The notes under the pieces are model-generated. The model saw nothing but the letters and a program-made list of their open reading frames with translations, ran no database searches and was not told where the DNA came from. The position numbers were made by a program, and so were the translations under genes. DNA of 64,000 nt from an uncultured Planctomycetia bacterium. Its GTDB lineage: Bacteria; Planctomycetota; UBA8108. The DNA is taken from the NCBI GenBank assembly GCA_964615885.1, contig CAZTRG010000317.1:233-64232 (forward strand). The letters are read 5' to 3'. Below, piece after piece: positions 18,731 through 29,500 of this stretch; the first letter of the stretch is position 1; every line of letters starts with the position of its first letter.

Positions 18731-20167
18731 TCAGGCGGTTTTGCGGTGATCCTGGTTGCTGTCGCCCGTTTCTTTGACCGGCTCCCAGGGGCTCCAGACT
18801 TTCTTTCCGGATCCGAAGGTCTTTTTTTCGACCACTTTCTCATCAACGGTGAACTCCTTCAGCCACCGCCTGTGCGGCCCCTTCTTCTTCGTTTCCTCGT
18901 TCTCCATGACCTTGATCTGGGGCTCGGGAAGCTCGTAGAGAACATCGAGCATGATCTCTTCAAGGATGGAGCGCAGGGCCCGCGCTCCGGTTTTTCTCTC
19001 GATGGCAAGCTCGGCGATCCGGCGCAGCGCATTGGGCGCAAAGCGCAGGTTGGTGTCATTGAGCCGGAAGAGCTTCTTGTATTGCTTGACCAGTGCGTCC
19101 CGCGGCTCCTGCAGCACGCGCACCAGGTCGTCTTCTTCCAGGGGGTCGAGTGTTGCAAGGATGGGCAGGCGCCCGAGCAATTCGGGAATCATGCCGAACT
19201 GGACCAGGTCCTCCGGCCGCATTACCTGGAAGGCGGCCTTGAGTTTCTCAATTTCGCTCTTGTCGCGGATATCTCTAGGCTTGGTGCCCAGGCCGACTCC
19301 CGGCTCAAAGAAATCGGGCAGGTCCTTCATCGAGTCGGGGCGCCTTCGGACAAGCTCATCTATTCCCGTAAAAGTGCCGGCGCAGATGAACAGGATGTTG
19401 GGCGTGTCCACCTGGAGGTATTGCTGCTCGGGATGTTTGCGGCCACCCTGGGGGGGGACGTTGGCAATGGTCCCCTCGATGAGCTTCAGCAGGCTCTGCT
19501 GGACGCCTTCGCCGGAGACGTCACGGGTGATGGAGACGTTGGAGGTCGCGCGGCCGACCTTGTCGACCTCATCGACAAAAATAATTCCCTGTTCGGCCCG
19601 CTTGATGTCGTAGTCGGCGGCCTGCACGAGCTTGAGGATCAGGTTTTCGACATCTTCGCCAACGTAGCCGGCCTCTGTAAGGGTCGTTGCATCTCCGATG
19701 GCGAAGGGGACATCCAGCAACTCGGCCATGGCGCGGGCGAGCGCGGTCTTGCCGCAGCCGGTCGGTCCCAGCAGCAGCACGTTGCTCTTTTCGATGATGA
19801 CATCTTCCTGGTCCGGGCTGCTGTCCGGCTCGGCATTCCCATGCAGCAGGCGCTTGAAGTGGTTGTGTCCGGCCACCGCGAGGACCTTCTTGGCCCGGTC
19901 CTGTGAGATGATGAACTCGTCAAGCTCGCGGACGATCTGCTGGGGTGTCGGGATCTCGTCGAGAGGCAGAAGCGGCCCCGAGCCGTCTTCCTCGCCGCCC
20001 GGTCCAATGGCGCTGTCTTCGACAATGATGGAGTGGCAGATCTCGACGCAGGTATTGCAGATGTAGATGCCGGGACGGCCACCCTGGATGAGCTTCTCAA
20101 CCTCGAGCTTGCTCTTGTCACAAAAGGAGCATCGCTCTGTAGTACTGCGGCTTCCCGATCTTGGCAT
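18731..20167 (-). CDS. clpX: ATP-dependent Clp protease ATP-binding subunit ClpX
   Basis: CSFC..CNTC zinc finger, GPTGCGKT, DEVDK, RDVSGEGVQQ, GGRKHP, TGARALR. Confidence 0.96.
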   Translation of the reverse strand: MPRSGSRSTTERCSFCDKSKLEVEKLIQGGRPGIYICNTCVEICHSIIVEDSAIGPGGEEDGSGPLLPLDEIPTPQQIVRELDEFIISQDRAKKVLAVAGHNHFKRLLHGNAEPDSSPDQEDVIIEKSNVLLLGPTGCGKTALARAMAELLDVPFAIGDATTLTEAGYVGEDVENLILKLVQAADYDIKRAEQGIIFVDEVDKVGRATSNVSITRDVSGEGVQQSLLKLIEGTIANVPPQGGRKHPEQQYLQVDTPNILFICAGTFTGIDELVRRRPDSMKDLPDFFEPGVGLGTKPRDIRDKSEIEKLKAAFQVMRPEDLVQFGMIPELLGRLPILATLDPLEEDDLVRVLQEPRDALVKQYKKLFRLNDTNLRFAPNALRRIAELAIERKTGARALRSILEEIMLDVLYELPEPQIKVMENEETKKKGPHRRWLKEFTVDEKVVEKKTFGSGKKVWSPWEPVKETGDSNQDHRKTA

Positions 20168-20772
20168 TATCCGTCGTCTGCTCCCCGCAGGGTTTCGATC
20201 ACCTCGTCTACGATGCCGTATTTTTTTGCCTGCTCCGCGGTCATGAAGAAGTCCCGGTCGGTATCTTTTTCCACCGTCTTGAGCTTCTTGCCGGTGTGCT
20301 TGGCGAGTATCTCGTTGAGGCTTTTCTTGTACCGCTTGAGCTCATCGGACTGGATCAGGATGTCGGAGGCGGTTCCCATGGTTCCGCCCCAGGGCTGGTG
20401 AATCATGACGCGGGAATTCGGCAGCGCGTGGCGCTTTCCGGCGGTGCCGGCGCCCAGGAGCACGGCGCCCATGCTGGAGGCCTGGCCCAGGCAGTAGGTG
20501 GCAATGTCGCAGGGCACGAACTGCATGGTGTCGTAGATCGCCATGCCGGCGGTTACCGATCCGCCGGGTGAATTGATGTAGATATTGATGTCCTGGTTCT
20601 TGTTGTCGCTCATCAGAAAAAGAATCTGCGCGATGATCAGGGAGGACGTGTAGTCATCGATGGAAGGGCCGATGAAGATGATCCGGTCCTTGAGCAACCG
20701 GGAGAAGATGTCGTAGGAGCGCTCTCCGCGCCCGGTCTTTTCTACGACGATTGGAACCAAGTTGGCTTGCAT
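20167..20772 (-). CDS. clpP: ATP-dependent Clp protease proteolytic subunit
   Basis: [41 protein letters not shown] at 20772 with AGGAG SD. Confidence 0.97.
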   Translation of the reverse strand: MQANLVPIVVEKTGRGERSYDIFSRLLKDRIIFIGPSIDDYTSSLIIAQILFLMSDNKNQDINIYINSPGGSVTAGMAIYDTMQFVPCDIATYCLGQASSMGAVLLGAGTAGKRHALPNSRVMIHQPWGGTMGTASDILIQSDELKRYKKSLNEILAKHTGKKLKTVEKDTDRDFFMTAEQAKKYGIVDEVIETLRGADDG

Positions 20773-20861
20773 GTTCAGAACTCCTGCTTCACTTCTATTG
20801 TTGAGTCCATTTTCCCATCCTGCCGTATCAAACTGGAATACTGCCAATGGATTCCCGGCTG

Positions 20862-22472
20862 CTATTCATCCGGGTTTTCGGACTCGGTGTCTTTCTCAAC
20901 AGTTTCATCGGCTTTTGAGGCCTCTGTTTCGCCATCGTTTTGGGGGCTTTCCCCTCCGATAATATCGGCTTTTTCCCTCAGGAAGCTTTTTACCTTCTCG
21001 TTCCGCAGGGTCTGGCGGATTTCATCGATCCGCCCGCTTTCCTGCAGCTGCCCCATCAGGGCTGCCGGGGGAACTCCGTAAACCATCGACATCATCTGGA
21101 TTCGCTGGGAGATTTCCTCTTCCGTGGCGAAGATCTTTTCCTTGTCGCCGATCTTTTCAAGCAGGAAAAACTCCTTCAGCTCTCCGATAAGGTCGTCGGC
21201 GGCAGTCTCTCCGGCTTTTTTTCTCTCCTTTTCGATTTCCTTTTCGTCTTTGCCTGCGGCGACACCTTCCTGTTCAACGCGCTCTTCGGCAACGGTTCGC
21301 TGGCGCTCAATGAGGTCCTCGGGCAGCTCGAAGTCGAGCTTCTCGACAATCGAGTTGACGATATTCTTTTCAAGCTCGACCTGGTCCTGCCGCTCCACAT
21401 CTTTCTGAAGCTGCTGCTCAATCGTCTCCTTCAGGCTGTCAACGGATTCCGCACCCATGGCCTTGGCAAACTCTTCATCAAGGTCCGGCAGGTCGGCGGT
21501 GAGGGCCTTCTCCAGCTGGAAGCGAAGGAGGACCTCTTTTCCGCGCAGGACCTCGTCGGGGTAATGGGCGGGAACGGTCACCTCGATTTCGAGCGGGGCC
21601 CCATCGCTGGTGCCGGCTCCTGAGCGGTCCCATTTCTCAACGAGCTTCTCGAGGTCTTCAATGGCGAAGGCCTCAAGGTTGCCGCTGGAGGGAACAAAGC
21701 CGGCCTGGTCAACCGTCTTCAGGGCCGTGTCATCCTCGATGAGTTCGTAGCTGCCGATGAGCTGGTCGTCGGCAGAGGCCTTCTCGGCATCGACAGGGAC
21801 CATCTCGGCGCGGCTCTTGCGGAGCTTCTCAAGTTCTTCATCAAGGCGCCCCTCTTCCACCCCGGACTCTACCTTCTCAGCCTCGATGCCCTTGTATTCA
21901 GGCAGGTCAAAGTCGGGATAGACCGTCACATCGGCCTCGTAGGTGAAATCACTGCCGGAATCGAACTCGACCTTGTCGAAGCCCGGCTCCCCGAGGATTC
22001 TGAAATCTTTCTCCCGGGCAAGCTCCTCAAAGGACTCTGCAAGAAGGCTCTCCTTGACGTCCTTCTCCAGGTCTTCGCCGAAGCGCTTCTCCAGGAGCCG
22101 CCGCGGAACCCGGCCGCGGCGAAAGCCCGGCAGGGAAACCGTGGTGGCAAGCTCACCGTAGTTGTGGTCCAGGATCTCCTGGACCTTCTGAGCCGGCACC
22201 GTGGCCTTCACGAGCTTCTTGCAGGGCCCGGCATCTTCGATCTCGCAGGTGGCGCCAAGAGAATCATCGTCTTCTTCCTCGTCGGCTTCGGCGTCTTCTT
22301 CGCCACCGCCTTCTTCAGCGTCGTCCTCTTCAGCGTCGGCCTCTTCGGCGTTGGCTTCTTCGGCAGCTTCTGCGCTCTCGTCGCCGGCCTCTTCGGCCGC
22401 GGTGTTTTCAGACTCTTCTTCATCGACGGTCGAAGTTTCTTCTTCTTCCTTGTCGATCTCCGGCTCGGTCAT
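20862..22472 (-). CDS. tig: Trigger factor with acidic N-terminal extension
   Basis: [10 protein letters not shown] signature; tig-clpP-clpX synteny; ~70 aa D/E-rich N-terminus. Confidence 0.93.
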   Translation of the reverse strand: MTEPEIDKEEEETSTVDEEESENTAAEEAGDESAEAAEEANAEEADAEEDDAEEGGGEEDAEADEEEDDDSLGATCEIEDAGPCKKLVKATVPAQKVQEILDHNYGELATTVSLPGFRRGRVPRRLLEKRFGEDLEKDVKESLLAESFEELAREKDFRILGEPGFDKVEFDSGSDFTYEADVTVYPDFDLPEYKGIEAEKVESGVEEGRLDEELEKLRKSRAEMVPVDAEKASADDQLIGSYELIEDDTALKTVDQAGFVPSSGNLEAFAIEDLEKLVEKWDRSGAGTSDGAPLEIEVTVPAHYPDEVLRGKEVLLRFQLEKALTADLPDLDEEFAKAMGAESVDSLKETIEQQLQKDVERQDQVELEKNIVNSIVEKLDFELPEDLIERQRTVAEERVEQEGVAAGKDEKEIEKERKKAGETAADDLIGELKEFFLLEKIGDKEKIFATEEEISQRIQMMSMVYGVPPAALMGQLQESGRIDEIRQTLRNEKVKSFLREKADIIGGESPQNDGETEASKADETVEKDTESENPDE

Positions 22473-22775
22473 CACGGGAATCCTTATTCCTGGAGGTTTT
22501 TGTTCGAGAAACCAGTTCACGCACACAAGCTGGCCGGCAGAGAATTCTTTCTGCCCTGGTCAGTGTGGCTGTGGCCTAAGCCGCACAACCCGTCCTCGTT
22601 GGCTGGGCCCAGGGCGTTGCAGACGGTAAAAAGGCGTGTCTTTCGCCCCTGCGGCAAACGGTAATATAGCCAGAGCTTTAAAGACTGCAAACCGTTTATC
22701 CGATACCATGCCTCCGGTATATGGACTTCACATGATGAGCTTCTCAGGTTCCGGGCCGATAAGGGCCACCACAAT

Positions 22776-24038
22776 ATGATTACCAAGTCGAGCAATCTAG
22801 TGATCGTCGAGGGAAACCTGGTTCCTGCCGACGGCGATGGAGAGATGTCCAGGGGGCGGATCGAGATCGATGCGTCCACCGGGCTCATCGTGGAAACAGG
22901 CGAGGCCCGCGGCACCGGCGACCTGGTGCTCGATGATGATCACATCGTCATGGCGGGCATCATCGACCAGCATGTGCACGCGCGCGAAGACGTAACCGGC
23001 GAAGACAACTACAAGGAAACCTTTCAGACCGCCGGCGAGGCGGCGGTTAACGGGGGGGTGGTGGCACTTGTTGAGATGCCCAACAACCCTGTGGCGCCCG
23101 TAGATGATGAAAGCTACCTGGCAAAAAAGGACATCGCCGCCGGCAGCCTGGTCGACGTCCTGCTCTATGCGGGTGTCGGCCCCGGCACCCATCCCCTGTC
23201 GTTCCCGGTGCCTTACAAGGTCTACATGGGCCCGAGCATTGGCCACCTGTTCTTCAAGAACGAGGAGGTGCTCCGGGAGACTATCTCCCGCTACCGGGGT
23301 CATTTCGTCGCCTTCCACGCCGAGGACCCGGTGATCCTCGATGAAAACAAAGATGCGGAAACCCACTATCTCCAGCGCCCACCGGAGGCGGAGATCGAGG
23401 CCATCGACCTCATCCTCAGGATGAGTGACAATTACGGTATCCGGCCGCATATCTGCCACCTGTCTACTGCCGAGGGCCTCGAGCTGATCCGGGCAGCGAG
23501 AAAGAAGGGCCTGCGGGTCACCACCGAGGTGACCCCGCACCACCTCTACTACGACCAGGATAATGCGCAGGGCTTTGCCTCCCCCGGCTACCTGCAATGC
23601 AACCCCCCGATTCGTTCCAGGCTGGACAGGATTGCCCTGCTGGAGGGCCTGCGCAGCGGCGACATTGAATGCCTCGCCACCGACCATGCTCCGCACACCC
23701 TTGAAGAAAAAGACCAGGGGATGTCCGGCGTTACCCAGCTCGATACCCTTGGCCCCTTCCTGTTCTGGCTGATGGAGGAGGGCTTTGACCTGCCGACACT
23801 GCAGCGGGCCTGCTCGGAGGTCCCCGGGCGCTTCCTCGGGCGCTACCTTCCTTACCGCTACGGCCGGGTGGAGCCGGGATTTGCGGGATCGCTGACGGTC
23901 CTGAAGAAAGAGAGCTTCACGGTCCGCCGCTCAGAGCTGAAAACAAGAGCCGGCTGGTCTCCTTTTGAAGGGGTTACCTTCCCCGGGCGGGTCAGCCACA
24001 CCATCGTCCGCGGCCAGATCTATCCGAGGCTTGATTGA
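22776..24038 (+). CDS. pyrC: Dihydroorotase-family amidohydrolase
   Basis: DQHVHAR, EMPNN, HAED, HICHLST, EVTPHHL, CNPPIR, ATDHAPH, WSPFEG. Confidence 0.8.
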   Translation: MITKSSNLVIVEGNLVPADGDGEMSRGRIEIDASTGLIVETGEARGTGDLVLDDDHIVMAGIIDQHVHAREDVTGEDNYKETFQTAGEAAVNGGVVALVEMPNNPVAPVDDESYLAKKDIAAGSLVDVLLYAGVGPGTHPLSFPVPYKVYMGPSIGHLFFKNEEVLRETISRYRGHFVAFHAEDPVILDENKDAETHYLQRPPEAEIEAIDLILRMSDNYGIRPHICHLSTAEGLELIRAARKKGLRVTTEVTPHHLYYDQDNAQGFASPGYLQCNPPIRSRLDRIALLEGLRSGDIECLATDHAPHTLEEKDQGMSGVTQLDTLGPFLFWLMEEGFDLPTLQRACSEVPGRFLGRYLPYRYGRVEPGFAGSLTVLKKESFTVRRSELKTRAGWSPFEGVTFPGRVSHTIVRGQIYPRLD

Positions 24039-24042
24039 TGCC

Positions 24043-24441
24043 ATGAAGGTGCCGCGCGAGAAATTGGAGATTGGCTTTTCTCGCTCCAGCGGCCCCGGTG
24101 GGCAGAATGTCAACAAGGTCTCAACCCGGGCAGAGATCCGCTTCCATCTTGGAGGTGCCGACTGGCTTCCTGCTGCGCTTCGAAAGCGCCTGGCGGTCCT
24201 TTATCCGCGTCGACTCAACCGGGATGGAGAGTTCATCGTGGTTTCTTCGCGCTATCGCAGCCAGGGGCGAAATCTCGATGACTGCATTGAGAAACTCGAG
24301 GGGTTCATCGAGAAAGCCTCCAGGCGCCCCAGGCGCAGGGTTCCGACTCGAAAGACGCGCGCCTCCAACCAGCGGCGCCTTGATAAGAAAAAACGCCGCG
24401 GCCAGGTAAAGTCGCGCCGCCGCAGGCCTCCGGAAGGTTGA
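24043..24441 (+). CDS. arfB: Alternative ribosome rescue peptidyl-tRNA hydrolase ArfB
   Basis: SRSSGPGGQNVNKV, RSQGRN, basic tail RRVPTRKTRASNQRRLDKKKRR. Confidence 0.93.
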   Translation: MKVPREKLEIGFSRSSGPGGQNVNKVSTRAEIRFHLGGADWLPAALRKRLAVLYPRRLNRDGEFIVVSSRYRSQGRNLDDCIEKLEGFIEKASRRPRRRVPTRKTRASNQRRLDKKKRRGQVKSRRRRPPEG

Positions 24442-24583
24442 GTGTTGCGGTAAGGGGTTGCCGGCGGAAATGAATAAAGTTACCTGCTGTGAACGTCCTG
24501 TTATACGGTGCCGCGGGTTATTATCCTGCAAGCCCTGAAGAACAGGCGGCGTTCCTCCTCGCGATTACGAAAGGACCTCAACG

Positions 24584-25312
24584 GTGCGAGAGCTCTCCAT
24601 TATTTTTCCATCCTATAACGAGGCGGCCAGGTTGCCCGACACCCTGCGCCGAGTGCTGGAGTTCTGCCGCCGGGAATTCGACCGCTTCGAGCTGATCGTT
24701 GTGGATGACGGCTCCACTGACAACACCGAGGAGGTCGTCGGAGAGTTCGAGGATGTTCGCTACCTGTGCAACGAGGTCAACCGGGGTAAGGGCGAAACCG
24801 TGAAGCGCGGCATGCTGGCGGCGGAGCTCGATACGATTCTTTTCAGCGACGTGGATCTTTCCACCCCGATCGAGGAGGCTCTTGCGCTGATGGGGGCAAT
24901 CGATAAGGGCGCGGACGTGGTGATCGGGAGCCGCCGCTTCGATGGAGAAAAACAGGTGCGCAGGAGCTGGCCGCGGAGGCTGATGGCCTGGGGGTGGCGG
25001 ACCCTGGTCCACCTGCTGGTCCTGGAGGGCATTCACGATACCCAGTGCGGCTTCAAGATGTTCCGCCGCGAGGCGGCGCGCGAGGTTCTCGCCCGTCAAC
25101 GCCTGGAAGGCTGGGCCTTCGATGTGGAGGTGCTTTACCTGGCGCGGCGTCTCGGCTATGAGATTGCCGAGGTCCCGGTTGAGTGGCACGAGGCCGGAGA
25201 CAGCCGCCTGGGATTCTTCAGCCCGTTCTGGATGGCCCTCGACCTCTTGAAGGTCCGGAGGCTGCATCGAAAACTCCGCCGGGAGAAGGAGGGCGGAGCG
25301 GGAGAGGATTGA
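24584..25312 (+). CDS. GT2 glycosyltransferase, dolichyl/polyprenyl-phosphate glucosyltransferase-like
   Basis: SIIFPSYNE, VDDGSTD, NRGKG, DVDLS, DTQCGFKMF, AFDVEVL. Confidence 0.9.
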   Translation: MRELSIIFPSYNEAARLPDTLRRVLEFCRREFDRFELIVVDDGSTDNTEEVVGEFEDVRYLCNEVNRGKGETVKRGMLAAELDTILFSDVDLSTPIEEALALMGAIDKGADVVIGSRRFDGEKQVRRSWPRRLMAWGWRTLVHLLVLEGIHDTQCGFKMFRREAAREVLARQRLEGWAFDVEVLYLARRLGYEIAEVPVEWHEAGDSRLGFFSPFWMALDLLKVRRLHRKLRREKEGGAGED

Positions 25313-25319
25313 GGACCAG

Positions 25320-25590
25320 GGGGGAGAAGAAAGAAAGGCCGGGTCGCTGGTCGGTTTAATCGGACGGGTGGGGGAGTACCCGTCACGAATAGAAGGGGGG
25401 GTAGAATCGCGTGCCGGCAAGGGGAGGCCGGCCGTCGGATTAAGGTCGCGGTTGGTGAACCGCGAAGGGTCGCGCAGGTTATTGGGGGCCGCAGCTCTCG
25501 GCTGCGGCGGATGCGATCCCGGCCTTTCGAATTGTCTGGTCTTTATGTTTCGGGTCAGTAACCTCTCTGGCTAATTGTCCGCTTACACCA
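25320..25590 (-). ncRNA. Candidate structured small RNA (four hairpins within a long closing stem)
   Basis: Closing stem 25333-25347 / 25513-25528 encloses perfect hairpins at 25363-25384, 25413-25432, 25446-25465 and 25488-25508. Minus-strand pyrimidine/U-rich tail after the stem. No credible ORF. Strand is inferred. Confidence 0.55.
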
Positions 25591-25599
25591 GAACCTGTA

Positions 25600-25616
25600 A
25601 GGAAGCGGCGTGCCGA
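25600..25616 (-). promoter_or_regulatory. Sigma54-like -24/-12 promoter (imperfect) pointing into the candidate ncRNA
   Basis: Minus strand TCGGCACGCCGCTTCCT versus consensus TGGCACG-N4-TTGC; the -13 G is a C. Confidence 0.4.
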
Positions 25617-25661
25617 ACGGCCCGCCCGGCCAGGAGCTCAACAGGAAATCGCCTCGCCATG

Positions 25662-25712
25662 CCCGGCTTAAGTCTTTTTATTAAAAGAGCTTATGGGTCG
25701 GGTTAAGCCGGG
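25662..25712. promoter_or_regulatory. AT-rich nested inverted repeat, possible IHF/regulator site
   Basis: CCCGGCTTAA (25662-25671) / TTAAGCCGGG (25703-25712) flanking the imperfect palindrome TAAGTCTTTTTATTAAAAGAGCTTA. Confidence 0.4.
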
Positions 25713-25842
25713 GAATTTTTGTGATTGAGGGCCACTTCGGCACCCCTGGGGGCGGGGGAATCGGTAGCAAAACGGTGCGGGAGTGTCCAATTCCTGGGCG
25801 GTGCAGCCTTCTTCTGCCGGCGGCCTCAGGAAGGCCGGGAGG

Positions 25843-26322
25843 TCAGGGAAGTGCGGCGATCAGTGCTGTGGCGCAGCGCTGAAGGGTGTGGATCTCCTCC
25901 TCGGAATAGTCGTATTCCTCACCCTTGCCGATGCCCAGGGTGGCGATGACCCGGTCTTCAGCAAGCAGGGGGACGACCACAGCACCCTCAACCCTGGTGT
26001 CGCGGGCCGCGGGGTTGGCAACCCCGGAGTCGTCTGTCTGCAGGTTGCACATGGTGACGGGCTCACGCCGCTGTGCACAGACCCCGGCCATTCCCTTGCC
26101 GAAGGGGATGCGCCCGGCGATCTGGGCGATATGGGGCGGAAGGCCGACCTGTGCAACCAGCTCCAGGAGCTGGTCCCCGGCAGCGGCCTTGTGGAAGGTG
26201 CAGGTGCGCGCATCAAATTCCTGCGCAATCTCTTCGATGGCGGCCTGCAGGCGATCTTCCCGCTCGCCATCATCCTGCAGGAGTGCGCCGAGGCGTTCTG
26301 TAATATCCGCTTGTGGAGTCAT
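25843..26322 (-). CDS. Stand-alone GAF domain protein
   Basis: LELVAQVGL..RIPFGKGMAG..AVVVPL..VIATLGI..YSEEE. Confidence 0.85.
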   Translation of the reverse strand: MTPQADITERLGALLQDDGEREDRLQAAIEEIAQEFDARTCTFHKAAAGDQLLELVAQVGLPPHIAQIAGRIPFGKGMAGVCAQRREPVTMCNLQTDDSGVANPAARDTRVEGAVVVPLLAEDRVIATLGIGKGEEYDYSEEEIHTLQRCATALIAALP

Positions 26323-26563
26323 GATGGTGCCACCGCCTTCGTAATTGCCGCAAAGCAAGGTCCCAGTTTATCGCCACGAGCTTCAAGCCTCAAGCCCGGC
26401 AATTCAGGGACTTTTTGTTGTGCCCTCGTAAACAGGGGTCTTAGAATTCACATTGGCTCGCAGTTGGGGGCCGCTCTGATGGAGCCGTGTCCTGTCGGGC
26501 CGGAGTCTTTCACTGAAATGATCCGCGGAGCACTTTGCTTCGTGTCATAAAGGAGCAGATCAC

Positions 26564-29500
26564 ATGTCGATGCGAAACAGGCTGGGTGTCCTGGTTACAG
26601 CAGGGACCCTGTTCATCTCGGGTTTTGCTTTCTCTCTCATGGCCGAGGACGCAGCCGTCCTGGTCGCGCCCCGGGAGATTTTTTCCGGGGGCAATTCCGC
26701 CCTGACGTTGACGACCTTCAATGCCCAGACCCGGCAGCCGGTTTCGCGCCGGGCCATCGTCCGGCTTCTCGATGGCAACCAGATCGTGGCCGGCCTCTTC
26801 GATGGGCTGACGGGCCCCGATGGCCGGGTCCATGTCTCCTTCCAGGTGCCGGACATTCCCGGCGGCAGCTACCGTTTCGAGGCACAGGTCAGCCGTGTTG
26901 AGGCGGCCCTTGAGCTCGACACGATGGTTTCGAAGGCCCCGGCAATCCTGGTCGAGACCGACAAGCCGATCTACAAGCCCGGCCAGACCATCAAGGGTCG
27001 GATCCTGCTGGTCGATAATTCTCTGCGCCCGGTGCCCGGCGAGGTAGAGGTCAGCTTTCACGATGCCAAGGGTATCCGGATCGACAGGCGCTCCCTTGAG
27101 GCCAACGAATTCGGGGTGGCGCCCTTCTCCCTGGCGCTGGCCACGGAGGCCAACTTCGGGACCTGGAAGGTCAAGGCCCGCTCCGGGGATGTGGAGAGCA
27201 TCCGCGATGTCCGGGTTGAGAAGTACACCCTTCCGCGCTTTAACCTCGCGGCCGAGTTCCCCCGCAGCTGGACCCTGGCTGCCCAGGAGGTCGAGGGCAG
27301 GGTGGATGCGCGCTATTTCTTTGGACGCGCGGTCGAGGGGACCTGCTATATCTCCGCGAGCAGGTACGTTGGTGAATGGCAGGAATACGCCTCCATCGAA
27401 GGCCAGCTGGAGGATGGGCTGCTCAGCTTTACCCTGCCGCCGGTTGATTTTGTCGCCGGCGCCCCAGAGGGCGGTGGGCAGGGGTCCATCACGCTCGACA
27501 TCGATGTTACCGACTCAACGGGCCACACGGAATCGATCAGCGAGATCCTGTCGGTGGTAGAGGCTCCGATTGTTATAGGCCTTGTGCCCCGGGCCGCCAC
27601 GCTCAAGCCGGAAATCGTTGCCAGCCTGGTGGTGACCGCCTCGACTCCCGACGGCGCCCCGCTGAACGCCTCCGTTCCGACAACGATCACCTTCAGCGAT
27701 TCCAGCGGGCAGGAGCTTGAGACCCTGCAGCGGGATGCCGAGGTGCTTGATGGCAGCGCCGAGCTCAGCTTCACCCCGCCTGCCGACACCTTCTTTGCGG
27801 CGGTCGAGGCATCCGCGGTTCGCGATGGCTACCGGGCGAGCGCCTCCACCCAGATAGGCGGCTCCTATTCCCTCGGCGGCAGCTACCTGTCGATCTCACG
27901 CTCCGATGCATCCTCTCCGGCGAGCGTTGGACAGCGGGCGGCTTTTTCTGCTGTTGCAACCCACGCCTCCACCATCTATTACGAGGTCTACAGCGGTGGG
28001 CGCACGGTGCTGTCGGGCTATACCGAGGATGCAGATTTCAGCTTCACGGTAACGCCTGAGATGGCCCCCAAGGCAAAGGTGGTTGCCTATTCCCTGAGCC
28101 CGACCAACGAGGTGGCGGCAGACAGCATGGTCCTCGAGGTGCTGCCAGGCTCGAGCATGGAGATCCAGGCCGCCTTCGAGCGCGAAAGGGTCAAGCCCGG
28201 AGATGCGGTCAGCGTCACCGTCGATACCGGACGGCCGGGGCGAGCCCTGGTCGGTCTCTCGGTTGTGGATGAGTCCGTTCTCGCCCTGGGCAGGAGCCGC
28301 CTGCACCTGGCGCAGGTTTTCGCAGAGCTCGAGAGCCGCTTTCTCGAACCCCAGGTCCAGGTTCTCGACGGCGGTGGCGGCCCCGGGCTCATTGACGGGC
28401 CGTTTTTCGGTGGCGGATTCCGGGGCGGCGGGCCGGCAGTTCCGGCCAGCACTGGTGCGCTTGATGTGCTCGAGGGCGCCGGGCTGGGCGTCGCCGCCAG
28501 TGACAACATAACGGTTCAAAGAGGACGGGAGTTCCAGCTCTGGCGCTGGGACGATGCGGTGGACTTTGATGGAGGCCCCTTCCCCATGCCGGCGCCTCCG
28601 GACCTGGCGCTCGAAGAAGCTGCGGGCCCGGAAGCCCCGGCCGGAACGCCCAGCGAGGCGGTCCGGGTGCGCCAGTATTTTCCCGAAACCTGGGTCTGGG
28701 AGCCGATGCTGATTACCGATGACCGCGGGCGGGTCACGGTTGATCTCGAGGTGCCGGACAACATCACCGGCTGGAAGCTCTCTGCGGTTTCCAGCTCGGC
28801 TGCAGGGATCGGTTTTGCAGAGGCGGAGCTGACTGCCTTCCAGGAGTTCTTCGTTGATCCCTCCCTGCCCTACGAGGTTACCCGTGGCGAGGAGTTCCCG
28901 GTCAAGGTCGATGTGTTCAACTACCTTGATTCCGCCCAGGTGGTAACGCTGAGTTTCGGTGACGGCGACTGGTTCGAGCTCCTGGGAAGCCAGGGGGCGG
29001 AGCTTACGGTTCCGGCCGGCTCAGCCCAGGCCGTCTACTTCCCGATCCGCCCGCTTGAGATCGGCGAATTCAACATCTCGATTACGGCACGGGGTTCGAA
29101 GGGTGCCGACGCGGTACAGAAGTCGATCAAGGTGATCCCGGAGGGGACACCTGCGGAGCAGGTCTTCAACGGCGTGATCGAGGCCGGCCGGGTTGAATTG
29201 CTGGAGCTGGGCTTCCCCCGCGACGCCATCTCTGATTCAGAGAGGGCCTACCTGAACATTACCCCCAGCCCGGTGGCGCAGACCATGAACGGCATCAGCG
29301 ACCTTCTCCAGATGCCCTACGGCTGCGGCGAGCAGAACATGATCTTCCTGGCTCCGGACATCGAGATCCTCAAGTACCTGCGCGAGGTGGGTGAGCTCAA
29401 CCCCGAGATTCGCGCCCAGGCCGAATACTTCGTCAACACCGGCTACCAGAAAGAGCTGACCTACCAGACCGATGATGGCGGCTTTGCCGCCTTCGGAGGG

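Noticed and set aside
22570-22640. HDV-like ribozyme resemblance (CCG-TCCTCGT-TGG)
   Set aside because: P1 is imperfect and the required P1.1 GG and P2 pairing could not be placed.
25320-25590. tmRNA, RNase P, SRP or tRNA identity for the structured region
   Set aside because: Lacks tRNA-like ends, GAGGAAAGUCC and the SRP GGAA-loop motif; kept as an unassigned candidate.
25843-26322. Free methionine-R-sulfoxide reductase (msrC)
   Set aside because: Lacks the GVCG and HIAC cysteine motifs; called a generic GAF protein.
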